DNA of 64,000 bases from Dudresnaya verticillata (taxonomy: Eukaryota). Positions 23,874-36,779 of the stretch are shown in pieces (within the stretch, counting starts at the first letter, position 1; every line of letters starts with the position of its first letter). Below the pieces are notes generated by a model. That model saw only the letters and a program-made list of their open reading frames with translations. It was not told where the DNA came from and did no database searches. The stretch covers positions 1,550,001 through 1,614,000 of the forward strand of contig OZ374564.1 in the NCBI GenBank assembly GCA_977862235.1, in the 5' to 3' direction. The position numbers and the translations under genes were made by a program.

Positions 23874-24788
23874 CTAGTGTGGATGAAAGTCATTCACAGA
23901 AGAGTAGGGAACATTTCTTCCGGGGCTGCATTGTATTTCGCTGAATGGCGCGGTACGTACAGAGAACTCCGGGGATATCCTGCAATCGTCACGCAGTTCG
24001 CAGTCGTCCTCGTCGTCTTCGGCATGTCTGGCGACCTGTTCTGCATGTGAGTTACCATCCACTCCACGAGACCCCTCAAACGCCTGCTCATTGTCTACCT
24101 CAGCGTCGACGACCTTCTGCTCAGCTCTTTCCTTCCTTCGCGTTTTCATAATTGTCTTCATGCGCTCTGAGATGATCATTTCCAGCGCCCAGTTCCCGGG
24201 TGACTGGTGGAAATGACGCAACTGAGGATGCACACCAGCCTCACTCATAACCTTGCCGAAACGTGAGCGATGCCGATCACGTACGCCCTCGAAAGTGACA
24301 TTTCCGACGAGCTCTGACATGTGCCGGTGCATGATAGGTTCAAGAATGCGGACAGCATCCTTGTTCATCCTTTCATTCGAAAGATGCTCTGGAAAAGGAA
24401 CATGCTTCTTCAAGCTATCCGGCATGGCCTTGTTTTCAACGTCAATTTGCTGGCGAAGGAGTTTCGCAGCGTCGCGACAACGTCCGATGTCTTTCTGAGT
24501 TGGTTTTGGAACAGGGTATATGAATGATGAAGGGTTCTGGCCGCGAATGAAAACACCCAAACGCTCTGTGTCTTTCTTTACAGATAGCATGCATCTTTCC
24601 AGAGAATCAAAGCGACGGTTCAGAGCTCGCAATACGTCGCGAGACATAGCCATCGTAACGGAAGACTTCGGGTCTTCTGTGAAGAAAAGCGTGCTTCTGG
24701 ACTGCGGCCGGAATTGGACGACTACTAAACGTGGAAAGGAAAGACATGAACCGAAAGGAATTTCGCTTCCGTCGGATTGCGAAATCAA
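23874..24788 (-). CDS. Hypothetical protein, probable accessory ORF of the CACTA element
   Basis: 304-aa ORF divergent from the Tnp2 transposase and inside the TIRs. Coiled-coil N-terminus and acidic tail. Function unassigned. Confidence 0.5.
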   Translation of the reverse strand: MISQSDGSEIPFGSCLSFPRLVVVQFRPQSRSTLFFTEDPKSSVTMAMSRDVLRALNRRFDSLERCMLSVKKDTERLGVFIRGQNPSSFIYPVPKPTQKDIGRCRDAAKLLRQQIDVENKAMPDSLKKHVPFPEHLSNERMNKDAVRILEPIMHRHMSELVGNVTFEGVRDRHRSRFGKVMSEAGVHPQLRHFHQSPGNWALEMIISERMKTIMKTRRKERAEQKVVDAEVDNEQAFEGSRGVDGNSHAEQVARHAEDDEDDCELRDDCRISPEFSVRTAPFSEIQCSPGRNVPYSSVNDFHPH

Positions 24789-24867
24789 GAGCTAGCTATC
24801 CCTGTGCATAACGTGAAAATAGAAAGTTGAGCCACCCCCTCAGGGACGACGTTGTGCACCCCCAGCT

Positions 24868-27800
24868 TTGCATCGAGACGCCCTCGAGTACCGCGTGGTC
24901 ATTTTGACGATCCAAAACTGGAACGGAATGCCACCGCCTCGATACGCATGTCCGCCATGGTTCGAATACGTATGCGGTGGGAAACCGGTATCTCGCTCGA
25001 CGATGCTGAACCATCGACGCCGCGCTAATCAAAGACGACAAGAAATGGGAAGGGGCTCTTTTAGATGGGGTCCTCGATTTACTGACCCACGAGCGACAAT
25101 TTTCCACTTCTCTAGTAGGGACGGACTTGAAGACCATGAAACGGAAGAAGATGCTGAGTCTAGTCCCGAACAAGCTTGCCGTGAAGTATCTGTTGGCACC
25201 CCCACCAGATTCATCGATCATGGCGCCACTACTCGTGACTCGACGGTTCACATACCTACTGTGTCTTCCGAGTCTACATTATGTGTCACCCCTTCAGCCC
25301 CTGCGGTTCCGCTCCAGGGTTTAGAACTCGCCCCAGGCACGGTAACAGAAGAATATTCCGCTGCAGCACATGCAGTACGAGGTCTTGCTCCGCCAGCAAG
25401 AAACGAGGTAGCACTTGTCTTGCCTAGTCTAGAGCCAGCATGTGTTGGCTCCGCGGTACCGTCCGATGCAGGCTCACTTGTTGAGCCGAATGACCACGGA
25501 GAGGAAGGTGGCCAGCTAGAAGGAGCGCCACTATTTCTGCAATCTTCAGAACTTGAGGTTCTTGGGCGGCAATATCAGCACCTACCAATTGGACCATCAA
25601 GAATGCCTCGGCTACTTCAGTGGCTACATGAGCATCAGTCATGGGTTTCCCTTTTCGAGCAGCACGGCCTCGAGTATACGGTTATGAATGGCATTCTGAA
25701 AATCTTGAACGCCCCATTCAAGACATGGAAGACTGCTATATCAAACATTCGCCGCTGGTCTGGCATTGGCGACTCTATAGTTGAGCTTCAAACTTGCCCC
25801 GGTCACATGTGTTTTGCAGAACTGGATTGTGAGGAACCGCAGGGCTCCTGTCATGTTTGCAACGCCCCACGTGCACAAGACCCAACATCATCTGTGGGAT
25901 ATATTCCTGTGCTCCCGAGGATACGCCAAATGGTTGTGAATGAGAAATGTTGCCGATCACTCTACGATTATCGTTCTACACGAGAGGAAAACCCTGACAC
26001 CAAATCTGATTACTTTGACGGAGATGCGTACAAACGGCTAAAGAATCGATACGGCGGTGAGCAAGGGCTCAAGTTTGATGTATTCATTGCGGCCTCCACA
26101 GATGGGTTTCAGGCCTTCCGAAACCAGTCGACAGATGTCTGGCCTTTTGTCGCTGTAATATTGAACCTTCCGCCCTGGCAACGCTACCTGAAGCGCAATT
26201 TACTGCCGATGTTGTTCAAAGAAGATGGATGCCAGCCTGTTGATGTTGAGTCTTACCTTATTCCTCTCCTGAAGGAGGTTACGGACTCTCAAAAAGATGG
26301 TGGCCACTTGATGCGTTTTTCTGACGGCATTGAGAGACGAGTGCGTATCCATCTCGCCTGGATATCTACAGATCTTGCTGCTCTTATCAAGCTGTCGGGT
26401 ACAACGGGGCATAGCGGTCGTTGTCAGTGCCGTTTTTGTACTATATCTGGTGTGTACCAGGGGCACTATTACTTTCCCAGTTGGATTTGGTTGGACAACG
26501 GCAGACGTCGGCGGAGGTTCTACAATCCCCGCAATCTTCCCCGAAGATCTTTGGCTGCGACACACGAGATCCTTAAGGACCTTGATGATGCCCAGAGCCA
26601 GGTGGAAGTTGACAGAATCGGAAGGCAAACTGGTATCAAACGGCGCTCTCGGCTGTTCTACTATGAAGACATTCAGCCCTTCTGGGCATTTCCTCCCGAT
26701 ATTATGCACGTCTTCTACAATGTGCAAAGAGATCTCTTGGATTACATCAAGTCAGGCATGTTTAGCGACGAGTTTGTTCTATCAAAGTACACCCTTCAAG
26801 TGCTAGATGAGGAACTCGTTTCCGCTTTTGGAACGGGGTTTCAGGGCAGATTACCGAGAGGCCAAGACCACTCAGCAACTCGAGGTCGTGGAAATCAGCT
26901 GAACACAGGGACTTTACGTTACTATTCTGTCTCGTTATGTTTCATGGTCACCTGCCGGAGTCGTTTCTTGATACCCTTAAACAGTTTGTTGCATTGGCAG
27001 ACATTGTTCTTAGCTCCCTGGTAACCAACCGGGAAATTGAAGATGCCCAACGCCACGCCGTAAGGTTTTTCGAGAAGTTTGAGGAAACCTTCGTTCGGCA
27101 CGACATTGAGCAAGTGCATCTTTGCAAGTACACGGTACATTTTTTGCTGCACCTAGCGGAAGGCTTGAGGGAGTACGGGCCATTGAAAGGAACCTCTCAT
27201 TATTGGGTGGAGGGGTACATCGGATGGATCGTCGACCGTTGCAATGCCCGATACAGACCAGCCAAGACTATGTTCAACAGCGCAGTATTTGCAGAGTCTG
27301 ACAAGGCGTTTTATGGACTTGACTTCCAGAAGCGTGAAGATCAAGAGTCGTCACGGCTCTATCAGGAATTTGCGGTTTCAGGTCCCTTTGTTGAGAAAAG
27401 CCTCAGTGGCATGGGTGCCTCCGGGGCAAGAATACGAACGATCTTAACTTCGTACTTTCTGCGCAAGCACGAAGGCATTTCCTACAATGAAGCGCGTGCT
27501 GCAGTAGATTCTGTTGACACAATCCGATTCGCATCGCATCTGCGATTCAATTCTGGGGCCGATATGAGAACTGCATCTGTGTTCAAGGAGGGTTCTACTG
27601 TTCGACGCAGCTGTTTCGTTGCAGTTGAGATGGACGGCAGAGGGGAGCAGGCCATTGATGTTTACTATGGCAAGCTTCTCCAGATACTGGAGTTTCGTGT
27701 CAAAGCGAACGAAGCGCAAAGCACATCCTGTCTTCCATTGTGGGACGGAAACGCTTACACGTTGGCTGTATGCTCTTGGGCACATTCTTTGAACAAGGGA

Positions 27801-28106
27801 AGGCAGGGGCAGGTATTCCAGAATGGTCCATCATCCCGCGCTTTTTCAGGTCCAAGTGCAGAGGACCCAACGATCGTGAAACGTCTCATCGGAGTCGTTG
27901 AACACCACTACCCACGCACGGTAGCAAGATTCAATCCACCACCCACCTGTGCCCAATCAAACGAGGTTGGACCACCAAGCGCTGTACGGGAATCCTCTGG
28001 TGTCAAGACGTACTTCATTGATCCTGCTTTGCGTTCAGACTACCTTCTGTCCCCGACACGCGCCTCGTATGACGGCATAGTGCGCACCCTGAGAGGCAGG
28101 ACCTGA
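24868..28106 (+). pseudogene. EnSpm/CACTA Tnp2-family transposase, frameshifted near 26820-26940
   Basis: CPGHMCF..CHVC; DYFDGDAY; ASTDGFQAF...WP...ILNLPPWQR; CRFC; PDIMH. Second ORF has HFLLHL...GPL....YWVEGYIG. Confidence 0.9.
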
Positions 28107-28974
28107 TGAGGGAGGGTTTGAGGGATTCGGTCGCGACGGAGCTAGTTGATGTGCAGTGAGACAGGGTACCCTCACGTGAGTAGAGACCTCAGCGCAACCG
28201 GATCTCACATTGAGGATGTGCGGAGGTGCAGAGCCGCTGGTGGTGGACCATGAAGACCATTTGACGAGCAGCGGGGTTGGCTCCGCAGTGAGATGGTTGC
28301 CTGCGCCTGACCAAGTACGCGCACAGTGCGGAACTCATCCTCACGGCCGTGACCTGCGCTGCGGCTGTCCCTCATGGCACGCCGGTACTACCCCCATCAT
28401 CTTCGGATTCGTGATTGGCACGTTTGGTGGGCGACGGCATCGTGGTATGGCCTTCTGGTTCAGTAGCGATGAGTGTGGGGGCGGTGAGTGTGGGGGCGGT
28501 GAGCGGCTGGGCGGTGAACGGGCGGCGGTGAGCGGGAGGGGTGCTGTCGGTCTCATCACAAGACTGCGTTGTGACCCTTCTGCGTCACGGCACCGACGTG
28601 GATGAAGTGTCACGTGCGGCAGGGTCATCGAGAAATATTTGTCATAAACTTGAAGATCAGCGTATCCGGAGTATCCAAGTGTGCGAACAAGATGCAATGA
28701 TGTGTCGCCCAATTTCGAATTCCCGCTGTCTCAAATATAAACCGGGGTTTGAAACATTCTTTAATACGGCAATGCGGCGCGCTAAGCGGTGTCAAATTTG
28801 GCGGCAAATGGCGGGTGTTCAACGGGTAGCCGGTAGGTGTCCGATTACCGGTTAATTACCCGTGTAATGCCCGGTATGATTCTCCTAGGGGTCAGCAGAA
28901 GGGCTTACAGAAGCGATCTCCTTTTGCGGGACAGACTGTCCCTTAACCAGGACAGCTGTCCTTTCATCGCTGTA

Positions 28975-29043
28975 CACGTGGATGCCACGTGGATGACACG
29001 TGGATGGCACGTGGTGCACGTGGGGACACGTGGACGACACGTG
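28975..29043. repeat. Array of seven CACGTG (G-box/E-box) palindromes
   Basis: CACGTG at 28975, 28986, 28997, 29008, 29017, 29027 and 29038. Confidence 0.9.
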
Positions 29044-29894
29044 ACGCCAACTGGACGCCTTGCTTATTGGCTGATTTTTACGACGCGCCGCTGCGCTCCT
29101 ACTCACGAACGAGGAGAGCCTCTGCGCTCAGGGTATCGACAGTGCAGCCGAGACCCCGGCTTGCGCACCGGCGTATCCGCCACGAAGTCCCCGTACAACA
29201 CAGATTTCCGGGTTTTCAGAATCTGTGTTCCGAATCAGTCTGAAAAAATGTTAATGGAATGAAGATTTCTATATCGCGTTAGACTGGGGAGAGGGAGCTG
29301 AGAAGAATGGTTAAATCCGTTTTGGGATAGCATGCACGGTTGCGGAGTTACAGAATGCCGCATATGCGGGTAAATGCCCCTGAAACTTTGGTGAAAGTTT
29401 CGAAACTTTCGGAATTTCCGAATTAAATTTATCCAGAAATTGCACTGCCGCCTGCTGCCCTCCCGGGCGCGCCTGGCAGCGCACCGACGCTCGTGCTTCA
29501 GCACGCTTGGCCCCGCCCGCCGCATCCCCGGCCCGCCCTGAGCTGTGTTCAAGGGCGCAGTGTCGCCCCGCACGACTGGTACTGCTTGGCCGCCAGGGTA
29601 AATCTGGGGTAACCCAGTCGTGCGCGGCCATCATTCCACTCTGGGTGCTGGTACCAGTACCACCCCTTCCCATGCCCATCATTCCACTCCAAGGTCCACT
29701 GCGGCGCGCTCCTCGCACAGCACCTCCTCCGCGCATGCCCTATCAAATTTCACCTGCGCCTGAAGCTCACCACGTCCCGCCGCTGCCAACATCCCCACCC
29801 CGCTTCGCACCTCGCGCCCGAACTCTACTGCGCATCATCGTGCATCAACCCCAACACGCCCCGGATATCAACCTTGATATCCTTGTACTAGGAA

Positions 29895-30077
29895 ATGTGG
29901 TCGTCGTCGCAAGATTTCAGGCGCATGCTGAAGGTCCGCGCCGCACCCATCGGAGTACTCTACCAGCCTGCAGCCCTGCTCTGTAACTTGAAGGTTTGTC
30001 TTAGACATGGTGGACAAGTTGCATCTTACTTTGGTTGCAAAGCCCCATCACTGGAATCTTACGTAGCATCACCATAG
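29895..30077 (+). pseudogene. C-terminal fragment of a PIF/Harbinger-type transposase
   Basis: W...DF.R.LKV..APIG.LY..AALLCNLKVCL..G.QVASYFGCKAPSLESY resembles the C-terminus of Harbinger DDE_Tnp_4 proteins. It converges on a Myb-like ORF. Confidence 0.65.
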
Positions 30078-30354
30078 GAAAAATAAAGTAAGCCGTACTA
30101 AACTCCTCGACCGCCCGCCCGAAGCGCAAACGGACGAGGAGTGAGGACCAAGTCCGCTCTCGCTCCGCTCGGCACTCGCTTCGCTCGGCGCGCGGACATG
30201 CGAAATCGCGGACGGGGGAAGCGCGCGTTTTGGGGGTGACGGAGCGATTTGACACCACTTGCGGGACATCAAAGGCGTTGGAAAGCGCATTTGCGACCAG
30301 AGTAGAAGCAGACACTTTATGGAAGCTTCGCCGCGAGTGCTGCAAGCACATCCA

Positions 30355-31577
30355 CTAAACCTTTCCGCTCCTGCATCGATTGCTTCGTTCCTCTACCCCC
30401 ACAGCGCCTTTCATCTCATCCAACTCGAGGCGGCGCTTCTGCAGGTGCTCTTGAGCTTCGATCTGCTGCCGCTCCTCGCGGTTCCGCTCTAGTTCGAAAC
30501 GCTCTTCCTTCAACTTGAGCCGCATTGACTACAACTCTCAACGCCGAACCATTTCGTCAATCATGACCCGGCGGTCATCATTATCAGAATCGTACCTTGC
30601 GCGCGACTTCCGCACAGACGCGGGGGCAAAAGGCAGTTCACCATCGCCATCAGTCTCAGCTATGCGCTGCAGGGGTTCTCTGTGAAATGCAGCATGCCTA
30701 ATCGTTTCTCCAGCCGCAGAGATGCGTTGTTCTGCGTCCGCTTGGTTATCGCGCTCTTGCTTTCGTTGCTCTTCCATTTCATCCATCACCAGGATGAGAT
30801 CGTCTAGCAGCATCTCGTGTTCCCCAACATCCTCTATTATTCCAGAAGCAGCCTCGTTGTGCTTATTGGCGTTGCGCGTCTCGGCGACAATTTTCTTGAA
30901 GCAGTCACGAATCGACTTCCATCTGGGTTTGGCGACGCATGCAAGTTCACCGTCGCCAGCAGTCTCAGCTATGTGCTGCAGGGGTTCTCTGTGAAGTGCA
31001 GCATGCCTAATCGTTTCTCCAGCCGCAGAGATGCGTTGTTCTGCGTCCGCTTGGTTATCGCGCTCTTGCTTTCGTTGCTCTTCCATTTCATCCCTCACCA
31101 GGATGTGATTGTCTAACAGCATCTCGTGTTCCCCAACATCCTCTGTTATTCCAGAAGCAGCCTCGTTGTTCTTATTGGCGTTGCGCGTTTCGGCGACAAT
31201 TTTCTTGAAGCAGTCACGAATCGACTTCCATCCGGGTTTGGCGACGCATGCAAAGCTACCGGCGGAGCAGCTTGCAGGAAGAGCTTGAGGGCTTCCTCGT
31301 AGAGTGAGGTCGCTTTCCTATGTGCCGCGGTATGTGCGTTGCTCGCAGACACGCATTCCAGCAAGAGGAGGTTCCATGCCGCTGAGTAGCTGAAGCGCTT
31401 GATACGAGGGGAAGCGGCGGTGCTAGATGCTTCAGCGGATGTGTCCGGCGTTAGCGCCGGCGGGGAAGTTGTCGGGACAGGTAGGGAGGTAGGTTCTGGG
31501 AGCGGCGGAGCTGTGGAGAGGGCCGTTTGAGTCGGGGTGCCTCCACAGGAGGGCGAGGATGGTGAAACTTCGACCAT
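30355..31577 (-). pseudogene. Myb/SANT-like DNA-binding partner ORF of a Harbinger element, frameshifted, with a 309-bp tandem duplication
   Basis: RFSYSAAWNLLLLECV...KSIRDCFKKIV...ASGIIE...LLDDLI plus a coiled coil. Duplication units start at 30635 and 30944. Confidence 0.65.
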
Positions 31578-33385
31578 GGCGCGGGAAGTGTGACGGATGT
31601 GATGGCGCAGGGGAAGGCGTTCGCTGCAAAGCACTTGGCGCCAAATGACAGAAATGCGTTTCACTTGAGCGCGCCTGGAAACAAAAATGAATCGTCTCGT
31701 GAGGCAGCATTTCCTTTATTTTGTAAACGCGACATACGTGTATCAGCTTTTGTGCGGCAAGTCACCATTCTCACTACACTATTAACTCCGCTTCATCTTC
31801 GCTGCTTAAGGGGTTCGTGCAGCTCCACAGCTTCGCGCACACCGAGCGCACAGCTCTGGCGACAGCCGTCCTAACCGCCGTCGCTTCCCGCCTGAAGTGA
31901 CGGTAGCAGTGCATGAGGAATTCAAATTCCTCAATGCACTCGCGAGCCTCCCCTAAACAGTCCTTCACGATGTCGCGCTGGGTGCGCACATTGATGCGAA
32001 GTAGTACCACTTGCTCATATGCTTGTAGGATTGAGTTGCGGGTCATGGTAGGTGTTGGCTGTGCAGGGGGACGCAGGTCGACTTCCATCTTTAATTCTGT
32101 GGACTGTGGAGTGTCGCGGACACAGCCGGTCACCTGGTGAAGTTGGAACAGGTATCTCAACAGGGGTTGGGCGCGTCAAGTCAAGAGATAAATGTCGACA
32201 GTAATGGAAATCCTTTACTACTCATCTACATGGAAAAGTCCAAGTCCTGTTATTCGCTGTGACGTTCGCAAAAGGCAATGTGTCATGGCACCAATGCCTC
32301 GATCTGTGCACCTGGCCCCATACGTTGCAATTGTTGGAACTCGTTTCGAAGTATTTTGGAATGCTCGTATGCCACGCGGATGTCGTCACAGTTTATTTCT
32401 GGGGATGAAGATACCTGTTGCTGGGTAAAAGTTGGAAAATGCAGTGCCAGCGGTCTTCTTGCAGCCTTTAATACCTGGGAAGAGGAAAAGAACCCCCTGA
32501 GCTCTCAAATTAAGGAAACGACAGACTATCCAATCGTTACTACCTTTTTTCTTGGTGGCAGTAGTACTCCTGCTGCTAATACCTTCACGGAGTGCCTCAT
32601 TCGTACATTCGAGTCAAATTGTTGACCTGAACTGTGAGATGCCTGACTTCCAGCAACCGCATCTCCATTGCGGTATTTTCATTCATCTCTATATATCTGG
32701 TCTTGAGTAATAGACGGCAGAACCGGTCCAAATGAATAACCTTTTCTCCAGCCCCGTGGACTGTCTCAGATATATAAGTCCGACTTTAAGGGTGCAGGCA
32801 TTTCTGCACAAATGTACAGAGAGGCATGAAGATACGCAGTGTCACCATAGTCACCCGAGACAGTTTCGGTTGGTTCCGAGTTGGCGCCAACGCGTCGTCT
32901 AACCTTGAGCGTGGATAGGAGCTCAATCCAAATTACTATACCTATACAATCGTATGACCTGCGACTCGCAACCATGCGCATGATTTGGTCGTGAATATCT
33001 CGCAGCATGTTTTTCGGGTAGCATAGGACTACTGTACGGACTGCAGCCCGGATCTCTCTTGTACTGCAGACCCCTCATAGTAGTCACATACTGGTCGGGT
33101 TTCGCAGTCCTGAGACTGGAGAGTTTAGTACCGAGACTGTAGCATGTATCTGTCCACGATTGGTATGAGCAAAATCCATGCACAAGCGGATGAGATCAAT
33201 GACAGCGGCTGAGTCACACGGTTTTAATCTAATGCACATTCTTTCTCTCATGCAGTGGGAAACGTTGTACATACATGTATGGGGCAAGGGCGGAAAGCTG
33301 TGTCCGACAGAGGCAGTAGTCAGAATTCATTCAGACATCCCATCCAGAACTTTGGCTTACCGGTGCACACGATAGCCTGAGAAAT

Positions 33386-36322
33386 ATGCCACCGAAAAAG
33401 AAGAAGGGAGTGGCGGTGAGGTCTGTATCCAACACAGGACAGACCTCAGCAGACGTAAGAGCGCCTGTATCATCTGGGAATGATAGAGTTCTGTTCGGAG
33501 ATGTCGTTAATGGAGCTACGCACAAGCGAGTCGACCCTCGTTCATGTGTCCCGTTGACCTACGTCCGCCCAATCTGCAGATCGGGCGTCGAGCGATTGGA
33601 GCGCATTTTCCGGGGGACCGACCGGTACAGTTCAGGGACATTGAAGTCTCCCGTGGAAGGAGCTCCGGACTCTATCGGTTACGTGGCTGGTAGTGATATG
33701 CCTGTCGTTGTGCCATTGACAGGGGCATTGAGAAGCCGTGTGTCCGACTATTTCAGGTCACAAACAAGGAAGGACTGTACGCGTCGTTCCGAGAAAGAAG
33801 TTCAGGACATTGTGAAATCGAGGGGGAAATGGTACGGAGTACTTGATGGAATGCATAGATTGGCAGCTATTCGTGAGCTGCTTGAAGAAAACTACAACCA
33901 GTGGAAAACCTTTGACTGGCCTGTGCTGGAGCTGAACCCGCGGACCGACCTGGTGGTCCTGAAGCAATTCGCTAGACATCAGAATCGTAAGCACGAGGCA
34001 AACTGCTTCGTGGAAACTACCCTGTATAACACATTGAAGGGTCTGAAAGATGAGGCTGATCGCCTTCAAGCGGAGGGAAATGGTATCAAGCCGACAGCAA
34101 AAGCGGTTGCGTCCGCTTACGATGGGGGTGTTCATATGCACGAGAACACAGTGAGGCAGACAGCGCAAGTAGCTCTCCGACTAAGTCATCGTGTCATCGA
34201 TGCGATAGGGGAGATAATGGGGGAAGAAATACCGCAGCTTGCATTGGCTTCACGAAATGGAAGAACTGCTAAATCAGTAGCAGACGATGCCCTGATGTCG
34301 TCGATGGACTGCCGGGTTTTCCGGAAGTTTATTACTCTGAACTCACTGAAGGCTGCCACAGAGTTCATGCGCGCGGGCCAAATGAGTGGCGTGGTACATG
34401 ATGAGGGTGTGCAAGTCCAGTTCTCGACACTCTACCGCATTCGAGAAGTATGCAGGAGGAACGGGTTCAGGCCCGTTCTTTACGGGGTCACCAAATCAGA
34501 GTTCGGGAAGGCTAAAGATGCGCTAGCAGAGGTTCGCAAATTCGAAGGCCTTCGTGAATCTGAGGACTGGCCGAGTCCCATGGACACGATGCGGACAAAT
34601 CTTCTGCGATCCCAAACGCTTGATGGCGATATCATGCTTAACAGGGGCAACGACACATTGATTTTGCAATGCATTCTGGATATGTACAAGGACTGCTGTC
34701 CGGAAGAAGCACCCCTGAAGATTCACAAGTACCATTCTGTTAGAGATAGGAACAGAAAGGAGTGCGATGAAGAGAAGAATTTAGACCGGGAGTGTGTGAA
34801 TGAGATTACGACTGGAGTGCAAGATTCAGGGGAGGGTCAATTCCGATCAGATAACAACTGCTGGAAACAAGGACCATCCCTCTGACGGACAGATCGAACA
34901 CGATGACGTTCCCTCTTCTTCTGTGAACGTAGATTCGTTACCTTGCAGTCGAGACCTCGGTTCTACCGGAGACCATCACAATCATGATGCAGAAGATATG
35001 CAGGGATCGGCTGTAAAATCTGCTGTGACGGTGAGCACGGAAAAATCGGAGAGGCTGGCTGTACGTGGGGACAAGAACGGACCTGTTGACCATTTGCAAG
35101 CTGATATCTTGAAGTCGTACAGAATAACCTGCCATCAGATGCGGTGGCAGGTATACAATAAGAATATTCGCGAGGGTGTTGGTGACCTATACGACATAGT
35201 TCTTACCGACACACCGTATGGAACTCCTGCATCACAGTCTGGTGCAGGGAAACAGTACGACAACTATATGAGTGATTCTGAAATATCAGAGCTTGCAGAA
35301 ATGTGCAGGGATTCCGTTGTACCGGGAGGGTGGGTGTTCATGTTCGTGTCCTACCAGACATTCGAACCTATAAGGCAGGCTCTTCTGAAGGCCGGATTCA
35401 CTTGCCCAACGTACGCCTTTTTGATTGCAAAGGATACACACACGGTGCAGGAGAGGCGAGGAAATGACTGTCCCCAAAATGGCCACGAAATTGCGGTCAT
35501 GGGAAGAGCCCCAGGACAACACCCCAACGGATTTAAAGTGGATCTTCGAAGCCCATATCAATTAGTGAAGGCTTCGGAAAAGAGAAAGTTTGCGTGCATG
35601 TCTCAAACTCCCGTTTCTAAGAAGAAGCTCCTTAAACCGGGTACAAAATCCCCGGTGCTTACTGAGGAGAAGAATGTTCAGCTTTTGGTGGAATTGTTAA
35701 CGACCTTCTACCCTGAGGGGGGGCCATTTTGGACATGTATGCTGGAACGATGACAGCTGCAATTGCAGATGTGCAGACTGGTAGGAAATGCACCTGTATA
35801 GAGCAGAGCCTGCAGACATACAGGCTTGCAGTTGCACGCCTGAAAAGGATAGAAAGTGATCATCGCAAGTTATCGGAAGGAATGGAATGAACACCATTGT
35901 GGCATGGTACAGCGGAAGAGGCCCTGGGAGAAGACCAGGGAGCGGATGTGGAAAACCCGCAACAGAAACTGCTCAGGAATGAGGCGAAGAAAAATTCGGA
36001 TTGTATTACTGGCGGCGATGCAGTTGTTCTGTACGTTGGGAAGAACGCTGTTGGGAAGGCAAAAGTCCAATTCCGGGCAAGTCCTGATCAAAACGTTCGC
36101 AAGCAGATTCATCTGAAACTCCTGTCGGAATACGAAAAGCCAGGACAGGAACTCATTGCGGTGTACGCCTTCGAATGTGATTCATCCTTTGCCACCTCAG
36201 CATATCCGTATAACTTTCATGTCCCGGACGGCCGCCCTTCCACGATTCTAAGTGATCTAGACGGCTTTTTTGCATGGGATATCCATGCGATGAAAGCCCA
36301 GGAGCGGTGCGACCAGCAATGA
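33386..36322 (+). pseudogene. ParB/Srx-like domain + beta-class DNA amino-methyltransferase (m6A/m4C) + C-terminal Tnp1/En/Spm-like domain, read across three frameshifts
   Basis: WYGVLDGMHRLAAIREL (ParB-like GxHR motif). YDIVLTDTPYG (motif IV, 35208-35219). EKNVQLLVELL. After the G7 run at 35717-35723 the shifted frame reads ILDMYAGTMTAAIA...GRKCTCIE (motif I). Final piece is 35897-36322. Confidence 0.8.
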
Positions 36323-36779
36323 GGGTAAAGCAGAGTTGAGCATAATATTCGTTCGCTTCACTAGTTTCCTACGCCATAGCGCTATATCGTAAGCCATACT
36401 CACATGCTACTCCTCGCTGGAGACCCTGTACTGCCACCGGAAGCGCTATCCCGGTAGAAGTCAACAGCGCAAAAGTTGCATCATCGCTCGGTCCCATTTC
36501 CGCAGCAACTTCTCTTTCACACTGTCGGATCTGCAGAGTTCCATCGAATTGTAGCTCTTGCAGAGCATGGGATGAATGTCGAGCGGCATGGAAGATCTGC
36601 CAACAAGCATCTACAGGAATGATGCATCCACGGCCCCGGTAGAGTAGAGTAGAGTAGCGAGGCGGGTCGGGTCACAGCACGGTGAGAATATCGAGACCTT
36701 CGATTTGCAGGTAGGTGCACTCGAGCAATACACTTGCGTCTCATCGCGGGACGAGTGCCCGCAGTTCCGAAATTACTGC

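Larger units (their letters stand above)
15803..28890 (+). mobile_element. CACTA/EnSpm-superfamily element with CCC termini and cargo
   Basis: TIR CCCTAGTAGAATCATATCGGG versus the reverse complement of CCCGGTATGATTCTCCTAGGG (2 mismatches). 3-bp TSD GTC at 15800-15802 and 28891-28893. Encloses a Tnp2-type transposase. Confidence 0.85.
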
